Shown: positions 9,441 to 17,101 of the stretch, one piece after another
Numbering within the stretch: position 1 is the first letter of the stretch
How the letters are laid out: each line of letters opens with the position of its first letter
Assembly: GCA_049274895.1 (NCBI GenBank)
Contig: JBASTM010000008.1
Span: 645-64,644 of the forward strand
Source: Minisyncoccia bacterium
GTDB lineage: Bacteria > Patescibacteriota > Minisyncoccia > JACQLN01
Direction: 5' to 3'
DNA length: 64,000 nucleotides
Notes under the pieces: model-generated
The model's input: the letters and a program-made list of their open reading frames with translations, nothing else
Told to the model about the DNA's origin: nothing
Databases searched by the model: none
Translations under genes and position numbers: made by a program

Positions 9441-9572
9441 GCAGTATTCTTGAATTAGTCCGAACGCACTTTTCCGAAAAAATTCCCCCGCGAAAATTCG
9501 GAAAGGCGGCGGAGCCGCACCGCTGACAATTTCAAGTTTTTCCCTGCCTGCCGGCAGGCAGGTTTGGCGGCA
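9441..9572. repeat. GC-rich noncoding element, copy 1 (shares ends with 58109-58370) carrying the palindrome CCTGCCTGCCGGCAGGCAGG
   Basis: 31-nt 5' block GCAGTATTCTTGAATTAGTCCGAACGCACTT and 3' block ACAA.TTTTCCCTGCC…GTTTGGCGGC are shared with the second copy; perfect 20-nt palindrome at 9542-9562. Confidence 0.6.
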
Positions 9573-9618
9573 TTCAATTCAAAGATTCGCGAAGCGAATA
9601 TAAAATGAAAATTTCAAA

Positions 9619-10275
9619 TTACAATTCTTTTCTCTCCTTTGCGTTTTTGACCACCAATTCGGCTAGTCGAAGTGTGGTTTCAAACGTCTCTTCTTTTCCC
9701 GTAATTTCCTTTCTCGCCTCAACCTCTGCACGATCTTGGGCAATAATTTCTTCTACAGTCATACCTTCTTTGATTTTTGGGACGATCCGCTCAAAATATC
9801 TTTTAACTCTCCCGTTACTAAGAACCGCTTGTATTAATTCCAGTTTTTCTGCTTCTGAAATATCTTTTTCCATTCGTTCACCATACGCACGTTTTGCCGA
9901 TTCTGTAACTCCAACAAAATCAGATACCGAGCTATCTACCTCTGGATTTTCGGGGGCAGATAATTCCTTTTCCGCGTTTTTATTATCAAAAATTGCAACT
10001 AGCTCTTTTTCATCGGCAACACCAGCCCGAGAGAACACAAGAGCATCATATTTTGGGTCATCAGAAAATCCAGTTTCTATTAAAGAGGCGTTTTTTCTTT
10101 TTTCCTCTGCCTGCTCTGATGAAATTCTACCTGCTTTTTCCATCGCAGAAAGCTCGTCATTCAATGCCCCAAGAAAAATGGCTCTTGGGTCTTCTACAAT
10201 TTTCTCTTTTTCTTCCGGCTTTGGAGTTTCCTCCTGCGGTGGAACTGGATTATTAAAAGGATTTTCTATGCTCAT
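9619..10275 (-). CDS. Hypothetical acidic protein
   Basis: 218-aa ORF with normal composition, preceded by the conserved 130-nt tRNA-distal module; the overlapping + strand ORF 9605-10543 is S-rich and likely spurious. Confidence 0.5.
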   Translation of the reverse strand: MSIENPFNNPVPPQEETPKPEEKEKIVEDPRAIFLGALNDELSAMEKAGRISSEQAEEKRKNASLIETGFSDDPKYDALVFSRAGVADEKELVAIFDNKNAEKELSAPENPEVDSSVSDFVGVTESAKRAYGERMEKDISEAEKLELIQAVLSNGRVKRYFERIVPKIKEGMTVEEIIAQDRAEVEARKEITGKEETFETTLRLAELVVKNAKERKEL

Positions 10276-10299
10276 ATATTTTTATTGGTTAATTATTAA

Positions 10300-10438
10300 A
10301 AAGAATTTTATGATTTTGATTAAAAATTTTTCTTCCCCCAAAATGCGAAATCGTGAATTCGTTTTTACCCCCAAAATTGAATACCAATTAGTCGCCGAGC
10401 GAAGCGAGGCGAACCAAAACTCTTTGACTTTTCCTGTC
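10300..10438 (-). repeat. Conserved ~130-nt module between tRNA-Arg and the downstream gene (copy 1 of 2)
   Basis: About 90% identical to 59340-59468 located after tRNA-Leu(GAG); contains GTCGCCGAGCGAAGCGAGGCGAACC and GGGGGAAGAAAAATTTTTAATC just before the ATG of the downstream gene. Confidence 0.7.
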
Positions 10439-10514
10439 TGGTGTCCCTGGCAGGAATTGAACCTGCGATCTCTTCCTCCGCAGGGAAGCGCTCTATCCGC
10501 TGAGCTACAGGGAC
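10439..10514 (-). tRNA. tRNA-Arg (anticodon GCG) with encoded CCA
   Basis: Minus-strand reading GTCCCTG…D-arm GCTCAGCGGATAGAGC, anticodon stem-loop CTTCC-CTGCGGA-GGAAG, T-arm GCAGG-TTCAATT-CCTGC and ACCA. Confidence 0.7.
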
Positions 10515-10522
10515 AAAATTGT

Positions 10523-11218
10523 TTATGTAATTTTGTCTTTTAATTGTCTGGCTATTTCTAAGAGTTCTTTTCTAATGTCACTATCCAAGTAAGATATGAA
10601 ACAGATTCCCATAAAATTTTTTCTAAACCTTCTCGTCTTACTGCGTTTCTTAAAATATATTTTTCCGAATTGATTCTGTGGAACCTCCAGTAGATTTGAC
10701 CAGAATTTTTTTGAGGAGGAGGTATTGTGGTAATGATGCAAATGCAATCTTATTCTAAATTTATCGTTGTTTATTTTATAACACCTTCTTAATAACGATA
10801 TGTAAAACAGTGCTAAATTTGGATCTGTATTAACAAATTTTAGTCCGCTTACCCCTTTATACTTTGCACCCTCGGCCCAATATAGCATTACCAGCAAAGA
10901 CTTCCAAAACCCAGGGTCTCTCAAGGGATATCTAGATATTTCAGGAGTAATTTTGTCTCTTAGAATTTTTTCCCGCTTTTTCCGTTCCGCTATCTTTACC
11001 GTTTTTGCTAGTGTCCTTATTCTAGCAAGGTGTAAAAGTTGGGCCTTTCTATCAAATACTCCAGGATACTTTTCCCCCAGCCAGCCCGATAGGGTACTTT
11101 TAGGTATATCTAATTTGTCGGTTATATCTTTGTAAGATTTGCCCTTTGAGCGGAGTTTTTCTGCTTTTCTCCTGGTATCCACACCGTAAACCTTTCCTCG
11201 CATAGTAGTTACGAACAA
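10523..11218 (-). CDS. HTH-domain protein with a possible degenerate LAGLIDADG-like nuclease domain
   Basis: N-terminal HTH (KSYKDITDKLDIPKSTLSGWL); central LLVMLYWAEGAKYKG…NTDPNLALFYISLL resembles a degenerate LAGLIDADG helix; ends 9 nt from tRNA-Arg. Confidence 0.3.
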   Translation of the reverse strand: MFVTTMRGKVYGVDTRRKAEKLRSKGKSYKDITDKLDIPKSTLSGWLGEKYPGVFDRKAQLLHLARIRTLAKTVKIAERKKREKILRDKITPEISRYPLRDPGFWKSLLVMLYWAEGAKYKGVSGLKFVNTDPNLALFYISLLRRCYKINNDKFRIRLHLHHYHNTSSSKKFWSNLLEVPQNQFGKIYFKKRSKTRRFRKNFMGICFISYLDSDIRKELLEIARQLKDKIT

Positions 11219-11265
11219 GATGATTATTTACTAAATCTTACCATCTGTAGTTCGTATACGCAAGG

Positions 11266-11721
11266 TTAAAATTTTAAGAACCTAGCTAAGGCGTCTATGG
11301 TTGATTCGCTGTGTTCCTTTTCGGGAACCGTTGGCGAAATCATATTCCGAACTGCTTCGGAGTCTATGCCGGCCAGCGGCACTTCCAGATGCAGATTAAG
11401 TATGTTTTTACCCTCCAAGCTTAAAACATTACCACTCTCGCGTTCAAAAATCCAGAACGATTTGAAGTTGTTTAAGGCGTGTTCCTTGTCGCCGATTTTT
11501 AGGGTTTCCGAATCTAAAACAAAAATATACTCGCGGGGTTCTTTTAAGGCGTAGATGTTTAAGACTCCGGCGGCCAGAATTATAAAAACAGCCAAAAGAT
11601 AGCTTTTCAAAATTACGGCCACCGCCACCACAGCCGCGGCCAGAATCCAAAGCGAAACAAACCAGTTGGTCTGCCGTTCGGGTTGTTCAAATTCGTACGC
11701 CTGCCATTCCAGCTTATCCAT
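11266..11721 (-). CDS. Hypothetical membrane-anchored protein
   Basis: 151 aa with an N-terminal pair of TM helices and a soluble C-terminal domain. Confidence 0.45.
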   Translation of the reverse strand: MDKLEWQAYEFEQPERQTNWFVSLWILAAAVVAVAVILKSYLLAVFIILAAGVLNIYALKEPREYIFVLDSETLKIGDKEHALNNFKSFWIFERESGNVLSLEGKNILNLHLEVPLAGIDSEAVRNMISPTVPEKEHSESTIDALARFLKF

Positions 11722-11887
11722 GGTTTTTCGAGGATTTTATAGGGTTTTTTGTCTACTTATTGTAGGTTTATTATAGATATTGATTTTGTCCGTATTGTGT
11801 GTATACTTAACAATGTCTTTTGGTTCTACCATGAACTGAAAGGGTATTACATCCAAGGGCCACTCTCCTCGCGGAGGGTGGTTTCTT

Positions 11888-12457
11888 TTATTGCCCATCT
11901 TTTGTTCGATGCCGAAGTTCCTTACCCCAAACATCTGTCTCTAGGTTCAGTACGTCAAAATATCCATTTCCGCCCGTTCTCAATTCTTGCGAGATATTAT
12001 TTTTTGAGGAGAAAATAAAAACTTGTTTGTTTCCTTTTTTCAAATAGGTTACAAGTGCTAGAAAATCCGAATCTCCTGTAAATAAAACGGCGGTGTCATA
12101 TTTTGATGCATGATGGATTGCGTCGATTGTTATTTCTACATCCATATTTCCTTTCTCTTGAATAGATTCGCCGTGTTCGTCCGCGATAGAGATCCTTTTT
12201 AGTTCTTTTTTCCGTACTATAAATTTAAGTCCTTTTTTTAGGTAGGTCAAAAATTTATGCTTTCCATCAAGACTGTATTTTCTCGTACCATCAGCGGGAT
12301 ATGCCGTGTAATAAAATACTTGAATTGAAGTAGCGTTTAATTTGTTTTTAATATAGCTGATCAATTTTTCGTAATCTAAAAACTTCCCTTTGGCTTTTTG
12401 TGCGGCCCATAGATTGGAAGCATCAATAAAAACATAGATTTTCTTACTCCGGAACAT
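11888..12457 (-). CDS. NYN-domain (LabA/PIN-like) putative RNase
   Basis: KIYVFIDASNLW…VLFTGDSDFLALV is characteristic of NYN/DUF88; the start is set at MFRSKK because the upstream extension overlaps tRNA-flank repeats. Confidence 0.6.
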   Translation of the reverse strand: MFRSKKIYVFIDASNLWAAQKAKGKFLDYEKLISYIKNKLNATSIQVFYYTAYPADGTRKYSLDGKHKFLTYLKKGLKFIVRKKELKRISIADEHGESIQEKGNMDVEITIDAIHHASKYDTAVLFTGDSDFLALVTYLKKGNKQVFIFSSKNNISQELRTGGNGYFDVLNLETDVWGKELRHRTKDGQ

Positions 12458-12505
12458 ATTTTTTAGGTTCGTAACTTGGATACAGTCAATATGTCTATAA
12501 ACTTG

Positions 12506-12632
12506 GCGGCGGGGGTGAGATTCCTTTCGCTCCGACTCAAGTCGGGTCGCTGCGCGCACTCGCTCCCTTCTCATCTCACTCGCACGCCAAGACTTTGGCG
12601 TGCTCCCCCATCCTCGCTCACTTTGTTCGCTG
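12506..12632 (-). repeat. Structured insert downstream of tRNA-Ser(TGA) ending in an 18-nt direct copy of the tRNA 3' end
   Basis: GCGGCGGGGGTGAGATTC at 12632-12649 is repeated at 12506-12523; the spacer shares ACAAAGTGAGC / GAGATGAGAAGGG / GGAGCGAAAG motifs with the tRNA-Glu flank. Confidence 0.6.
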
Positions 12633-12719
12633 CGGCGGGGGTGAGATTCGAACTCACGAGGGGCTTTCACCCCTAACAGTTTTCAGGACTGTCCTATTCA
12701 ACCGCTCTAGCACCCCGCC
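12633..12719 (-). tRNA. tRNA-Ser (anticodon TGA), type II
   Basis: GGCGGGG acceptor, anticodon stem-loop ACAGT-CCTGAAA-ACTGT, long variable arm AGGGGTGAAAGCCCCTC and T-arm GTGAG-TTCGAAT-CTCAC. Confidence 0.8.
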
Positions 12720-12833
12720 TTAATTTCTCGGCAAAGCCTCGGTCAAAAATATGAGCTATCGCGTTTGCCCGGGTTGCTTTTGCAACCCGTCTAACGTTAT
12801 CCCATAACGTTAGACCCGCTCTAGCACCCCGCC
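12720..12833 (-). repeat. Upstream flank of tRNA-Ser(TGA): conserved tRNA promoter motif plus insert ending in a 17-nt copy of the tRNA 5' end
   Basis: TTTTTGACCGAGGCTTTGCCGAGAAA also precedes tRNA-Leu(GAG); CGCTCTAGCACCCCGCC at 12703-12719 is repeated at 12817-12833; hairpins GTCTAACGTTATgggATAACGTTAGAC and CGGGTTGCaaaaGCAACCCG. Confidence 0.6.
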
Positions 12834-12900
12834 GTTGGTTGAAAATTATCACAAAAGCTGGATTTATTCAATATAATCTGGTAATTTATAAAAAGATAAA

Positions 12901-13025
12901 GGAGGCGTGGCCGAGTGGGCTGGGGGCTGTGGGACAGCGCCCAGCGGGTTGCAAAAGCAACCCGGGAGTCCGAGGCCACACATATTTTTGATTGAGTCCC
13001 GCCTTTGGGCGGGACGAGAAAATAC
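12901..13025 (+). repeat. Upstream flank of tRNA-Ser(GCT) beginning with an 18-nt direct copy of the tRNA 5' end
   Basis: GGAGGCGTGGCCGAGTGG at 12901-12918 and 13026-13043; the spacer contains the same CGGGTTGCAAAAGCAACCCG hairpin as the tRNA-Ser(TGA) upstream insert, in opposite orientation. Confidence 0.6.
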
Positions 13026-13113
13026 GGAGGCGTGGCCGAGTGGCTTAAGGCAGCAGTTTGCTAAACTGCGGGGGTCTAAAAAGCCCCACGAAGGTTCGAA
13101 TCCTTCCGCCTCC
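13026..13113 (+). tRNA. tRNA-Ser (anticodon GCT), type II
   Basis: Acceptor GGAGGCG/CGCCTCC, anticodon stem-loop GCAGT-TTGCTAA-ACTGC, long variable arm and T-arm GAAGG-TTCGAAT-CCTTC. Confidence 0.8.
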
Positions 13114-13164
13114 GCATTGACAACTTTTTATCGGCATGACCCGAGTGCCTATAAAAAAGTTGAA

Positions 13165-13198
13165 ACAAAAAAGAGTGGTTAATACCGCTCTTTTTTGT
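13165..13198. terminator. Bidirectional terminator hairpin
   Basis: AAAAAGAGTGGTtaatACCGCTCTTTTTT between tRNA-Ser (+) and the recombinase fragment (-). Confidence 0.5.
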
Positions 13199-13203
13199 TT
13201 TCT

Positions 13204-14112
13204 CTACTCTTCAATCATCGTTATTTTTTTATCTTTGTAGTTTAGTCTGCTTCGCAGATTTGCGAGCAGTTCACGCTTGTCTGATACGCTACCTTCTTTC
13301 AGTAGATATCTAGCATATTGGCGGATGTTCACATCATTTTCTTCGACCAGTGCTTTTCCGATCTGACCATTCACGATCTTCTGTAACTTATTGAACCGCC
13401 TAATTTCATCCTCGAGTTTCTGTCTCATGCCAAGCTCATTGATATTTACCTTATCCATAATTTTTAGAAACTCATCAATAAGTTCTTCCTCACGAATATA
13501 TTTGTTTTTGCAGTTGCGATCTCTTGCCCGACTGCATCTGTAGTAGATGTAGTGTGCCGACGTGCCATCTTTGAGTGGTTTCCATTTTTCCTCAGCTGAT
13601 ATGCCGGACTGGCAGTACCCGCAGGTGAATAATTTTGTGAAGGCGAATTCTTTATTCTCCCTGACTATTTGATCGCGCTTCAGTTGTGCTTGAGCTTTTT
13701 CAAACAACTCTTGGGTGATAAGCGGTTGATGTTTACCTTGATACCAATTACCACCCTTTCTTGGGTATTCAAACAGCCCGTAATAGAAGGGGTTATCAAG
13801 TATGCGATAAACCCCGGAGAGTGTGAGTGGCTTATTACCTCTGGTATGGAAATTCAGTTCAAACTTGAGCCAGTTGTAAATCTTTCTGCCCGAGTAATGT
13901 TCATATGCGACCTTCTCGAAAATTTTCTTTACAGTCGGCGCTCGGAGCGAATCAATGGCAATCTGACATTTCTTATCCATGAGTTTCTGATTGAGATAGC
14001 CAAGTGGTGCCACTCCCGGCCATAAACCCATCTCCACCCTTGTTCGCAATCCTCTTTTAACATTAATGCCTCGATTGTCGTTTTCGAGCTTCGCTTGTGA
14101 GCCTAAAATCAT
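13204..14112 (-). pseudogene. Large serine recombinase fragment lacking the N-terminal resolvase catalytic domain
   Basis: Begins at the alphaE-helix-like QAKLENDNRGINVKRGL, then the recombinase domain (GLWPGVAPLGY) and zinc ribbon (CGYCQ…YYRCSRARDRNC) with a coiled-coil tail; there is no room upstream for the Ser-nucleophile domain because the Nudix gene abuts it. Confidence 0.55.
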
Positions 14113-14157
14113 CAGTAAAAATTTTTCATTAGGATTGTTAGAGAATTTTTGTTACCT

Positions 14158-14595
14158 TTATAGTTTTTTTACTGCATTTTTATAACCTTCTCTCATATTC
14201 AGATCATCAATTTCAGATATCGGAACCCATTTGTATTCAATATGTTCGTCGCTATGATTGATTTCTTTTTCGTTGGAAAAACATTCGTATACTAAAACTA
14301 TAAATTGATATTCCATATCCTCTTTTTGCGAAGTAAAAGTCCAAACATCAACTATCCTGCCAACTTCTAAGTCATTCCATCCAAGTTCCTCTCTAAACTC
14401 TCTTTTTAGGGTTTCTGCCGGATTTTCACCAAAATCAATTTTACCTCCTGGGAGTTCCCAAACGCCCTTATGATCTTTAACGAAAAGAATTTCATCACCT
14501 CTTTTTAATATTCCTTTTACAGTTGTTTTTTGTGTTTTTGAGTTCATAAAATTATATTTGACATAGTAACCCGCTTTTGTTATTTTGTAAACCAT
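14158..14595 (-). CDS. Nudix hydrolase
   Basis: Nudix box GGKIDFGENPAETLKREFREELG. Confidence 0.7.
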   Translation of the reverse strand: MVYKITKAGYYVKYNFMNSKTQKTTVKGILKRGDEILFVKDHKGVWELPGGKIDFGENPAETLKREFREELGWNDLEVGRIVDVWTFTSQKEDMEYQFIVLVYECFSNEKEINHSDEHIEYKWVPISEIDDLNMREGYKNAVKKL

Positions 14596-14649
14596 TCAGA
14601 TAACAGAAGGTTCTTTAACAACAATACAGTGAGAAAGGAGTGTGTTGAG

Positions 14650-15828
14650 ATGACACAGCGAATCATCATACTTATTATAGACAGTGTCGGCATAGGAGAG
14701 CAACCAGACGCGCATTTTTACAACAGTATCGGGGCAAATACCCTGCACCATGCCGCTCAGAGTATTGATGGATTCCATGTCCCCAATCTTCAAGAATTGG
14801 GCCTTGGCAATGTATTCGGCGTCTGCGATATATCTCCAGTCTCCGAACCAAAAGCGAGCTATGGCAGGATGGTTGAGGTAACCGGCGGCAACGACACATT
14901 TGCTGGTGTTTGGGAGATGGCCGGGGTTGTTTTTGAGGGAAGATTTACATCGTTCAGTCCCAAGATCCCGGATGTCCTTGTCGAGAAACTCCAGAAAAGT
15001 ATAGGCACAGGAACACTATGCAATGCCTATATCTCGGGTTTCAAGGCATTGGATGAGTTTGCTGATGAACACTTTGCCTCTGGCGAACCTATAGTCTATA
15101 CATGCGACGACGGTGTTGTTTTAGTCGCTGCCCACGAAGATATTCTGCCTCCCGACAAGTTAAGGATTATCGGGTACAAAATGTCACGCTTTTTTGCTGG
15201 CATGAATGTTAGCAGAATAATAGCCCGTCCTTTTGTTGGCACAAAAGGACGGTTCGTCAGAACTGAAAATCGTCGTGATTTTATAGTCCCATTTACAATG
15301 CAGGGGGTGCATTTGTTTCAGAGAATCAAGGAGGTTGGAGTCAATTTTACTACAACGGAGCATCTGACATCTCTCATTGGTCAGAATTTTGTTACCGAAA
15401 CCATTCCCGGTGTCAAAGATTCGTCGGGTATCATGGATTCGGTTTGCGAATTTCTACAAAGAGATGTTTCTGGCGTATCAATGTTTGTGGTTCCAGACTT
15501 TGACATGTCTGGACACAGAAAAGAGCCCAAAACATACGCTTCTGATTTGGTTGCATTCGATCAGATGCTTGGCGAGGTCTTAGGGCTTACAAGGCAACAA
15601 GATATTCTTGTAATTGTTGCTGATCACGGATGTGATCCGGTATTGCCCATCAGAGGACATACTAGGGAATACGTTCCACTCCTGGTACTTAATCAGAATT
15701 ATCCTGGTCAAAACCTTGGCACGCGGGAAACATTTGCCGATTTAGGGCAAACTATTTGTGATTTAATTGGCTCCGACCCAATTTCGGTTGGGAAGAGCTT
15801 TGCCAGGCAAATCCTTGAAAAGGAGTGA
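14650..15828 (+). CDS. Phosphopentomutase-like (DeoB/alkaline-phosphatase superfamily) enzyme
   Basis: N-terminal IILIIDSVGIGEQPDA and C-terminal VADHGCDP match DeoB metal-binding motifs; SD AAGGAG lies 9 nt upstream of the ATG at 14650. Confidence 0.55.
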   Translation: MTQRIIILIIDSVGIGEQPDAHFYNSIGANTLHHAAQSIDGFHVPNLQELGLGNVFGVCDISPVSEPKASYGRMVEVTGGNDTFAGVWEMAGVVFEGRFTSFSPKIPDVLVEKLQKSIGTGTLCNAYISGFKALDEFADEHFASGEPIVYTCDDGVVLVAAHEDILPPDKLRIIGYKMSRFFAGMNVSRIIARPFVGTKGRFVRTENRRDFIVPFTMQGVHLFQRIKEVGVNFTTTEHLTSLIGQNFVTETIPGVKDSSGIMDSVCEFLQRDVSGVSMFVVPDFDMSGHRKEPKTYASDLVAFDQMLGEVLGLTRQQDILVIVADHGCDPVLPIRGHTREYVPLLVLNQNYPGQNLGTRETFADLGQTICDLIGSDPISVGKSFARQILEKE

Positions 15829-15834
15829 ACCAAA

Positions 15835-17001
15835 ATGTTCGATTCCAGGGAGTTAGCCATAAATGGCGGCAACGCAGTTTACCCCGATGGTCTTAAACGG
15901 GGCAGAGTTTTTGGGAAAGAAGAAAAACAAGCTGTTTGTGAAGTTATGGAGAAAGGAGTGGTCTCACGGGCAGGTTGTGGTGAAAAAGTTCAGTTATTCG
16001 AAAAGTCTTTCGCTGATTATCACGGCGTCCGCTACGCGATAGCCACTACCTCAGGCACAACAGCTCTTCATACGGCTTTGGACGCATTGGGCATCGGGCC
16101 GGGTGATGAGGTAATTGTCCCTGATCTGACTTTCATTTCCACAGCTTCTGCCGTCATGCAGACAGGAGCTCATGTTGTCTTCTGCGATATAGATGTTGAT
16201 ACGTTTAACATGTCCGCTGAAGATCTAGAACGGAGGATTACGCCAAAAACAAAAGCTGTGATTGTGGTGCACCTTTATGGAGCGCCAGCGGACATCGCGA
16301 GTATCCTTGCTGTTACTAGAAAACACAACCTTTGGTTGGTAGAAGACTGCGCCCAAGCACATGGTGCTAAGTTCGATGATCAGCTTGTCGGCACCTTTGG
16401 TGTTATTAGCTGTTTCAGCTTCTACCAAAGCAAGAACATGAGCTGCGGCGAAGGTGGTATGGTAATCACCGATAATGAAGATTTGGGTCGCCGTGCGAGG
16501 TCAATAACAAGGCACGGCCTTATCGGGGATGACCTAGCCGCATATGACTACGACAAGCTGGGGTATAACTATGCGATGACTGAGTTGCATGCTGCCATAG
16601 GAATTGTTCAGCTTGGCAAACTGGAACAAATGAACGAACAGAGAAGTATCAACGCAGCCCTATACAGAAAGGAGTTGGCGGGTGTAGGTATGAAATTCCA
16701 ACGGGATATTCCTGGGCATGCGAATCATTATCTGACGGCTGTTCTCCCGGAATTATACGGGGAACACCGCGGCAAGTTTCTTGCGGCTGTCCGCGCTGAA
16801 GGCGGTATGATCAATTGCCTATATCCAATCGCACTTTCTAGAACAAAGTTGTTTACTGCTCTATCTGATAAACCGGAAATTTCCGATAGGGTAGCCACAA
16901 CATTGTTTAACCTTTATGTTAATCCGGATGTATCCGATACATTCGTAAGAATTTGTTGTGATGCGATCAAAAAAGTTCTTAAAAGTAATAAGGGAGGATA
17001 A
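15835..17001 (+). CDS. DegT/DnrJ/EryC1/StrS-family PLP-dependent sugar aminotransferase
   Basis: Fold-type I aminotransferase with the CAQAHGAKF…SFYQSKNMSCGEGG (Schiff-base Lys) region typical of DegT. Confidence 0.7.
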   Translation: MFDSRELAINGGNAVYPDGLKRGRVFGKEEKQAVCEVMEKGVVSRAGCGEKVQLFEKSFADYHGVRYAIATTSGTTALHTALDALGIGPGDEVIVPDLTFISTASAVMQTGAHVVFCDIDVDTFNMSAEDLERRITPKTKAVIVVHLYGAPADIASILAVTRKHNLWLVEDCAQAHGAKFDDQLVGTFGVISCFSFYQSKNMSCGEGGMVITDNEDLGRRARSITRHGLIGDDLAAYDYDKLGYNYAMTELHAAIGIVQLGKLEQMNEQRSINAALYRKELAGVGMKFQRDIPGHANHYLTAVLPELYGEHRGKFLAAVRAEGGMINCLYPIALSRTKLFTALSDKPEISDRVATTLFNLYVNPDVSDTFVRICCDAIKKVLKSNKGG

Positions 17002-17101
17002 GAATGGCTATATGTTTTACAGGAGCGAGATGCTTAATTTGGTATCCGCTCCTTTTTATTCCAATAAAAAAGGCCCCACTTTTTTCAGTGAGGCCGCAAA
17101 T

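Noticed and set aside
9605-10543. 312-aa ORF on the + strand
   Set aside because: Ser-rich low-complexity translation that overlaps tRNA-Arg and the conserved module. The opposite-strand 218-aa ORF has normal composition and sits in the expected position after the conserved leader.
12458-12670. N-terminal 71 codons of the NYN ORF
   Set aside because: They overlap the tRNA-Ser(TGA) 3'-flank insert and tRNA-end duplicate. The NYN domain begins at MFRSKKIYVF.
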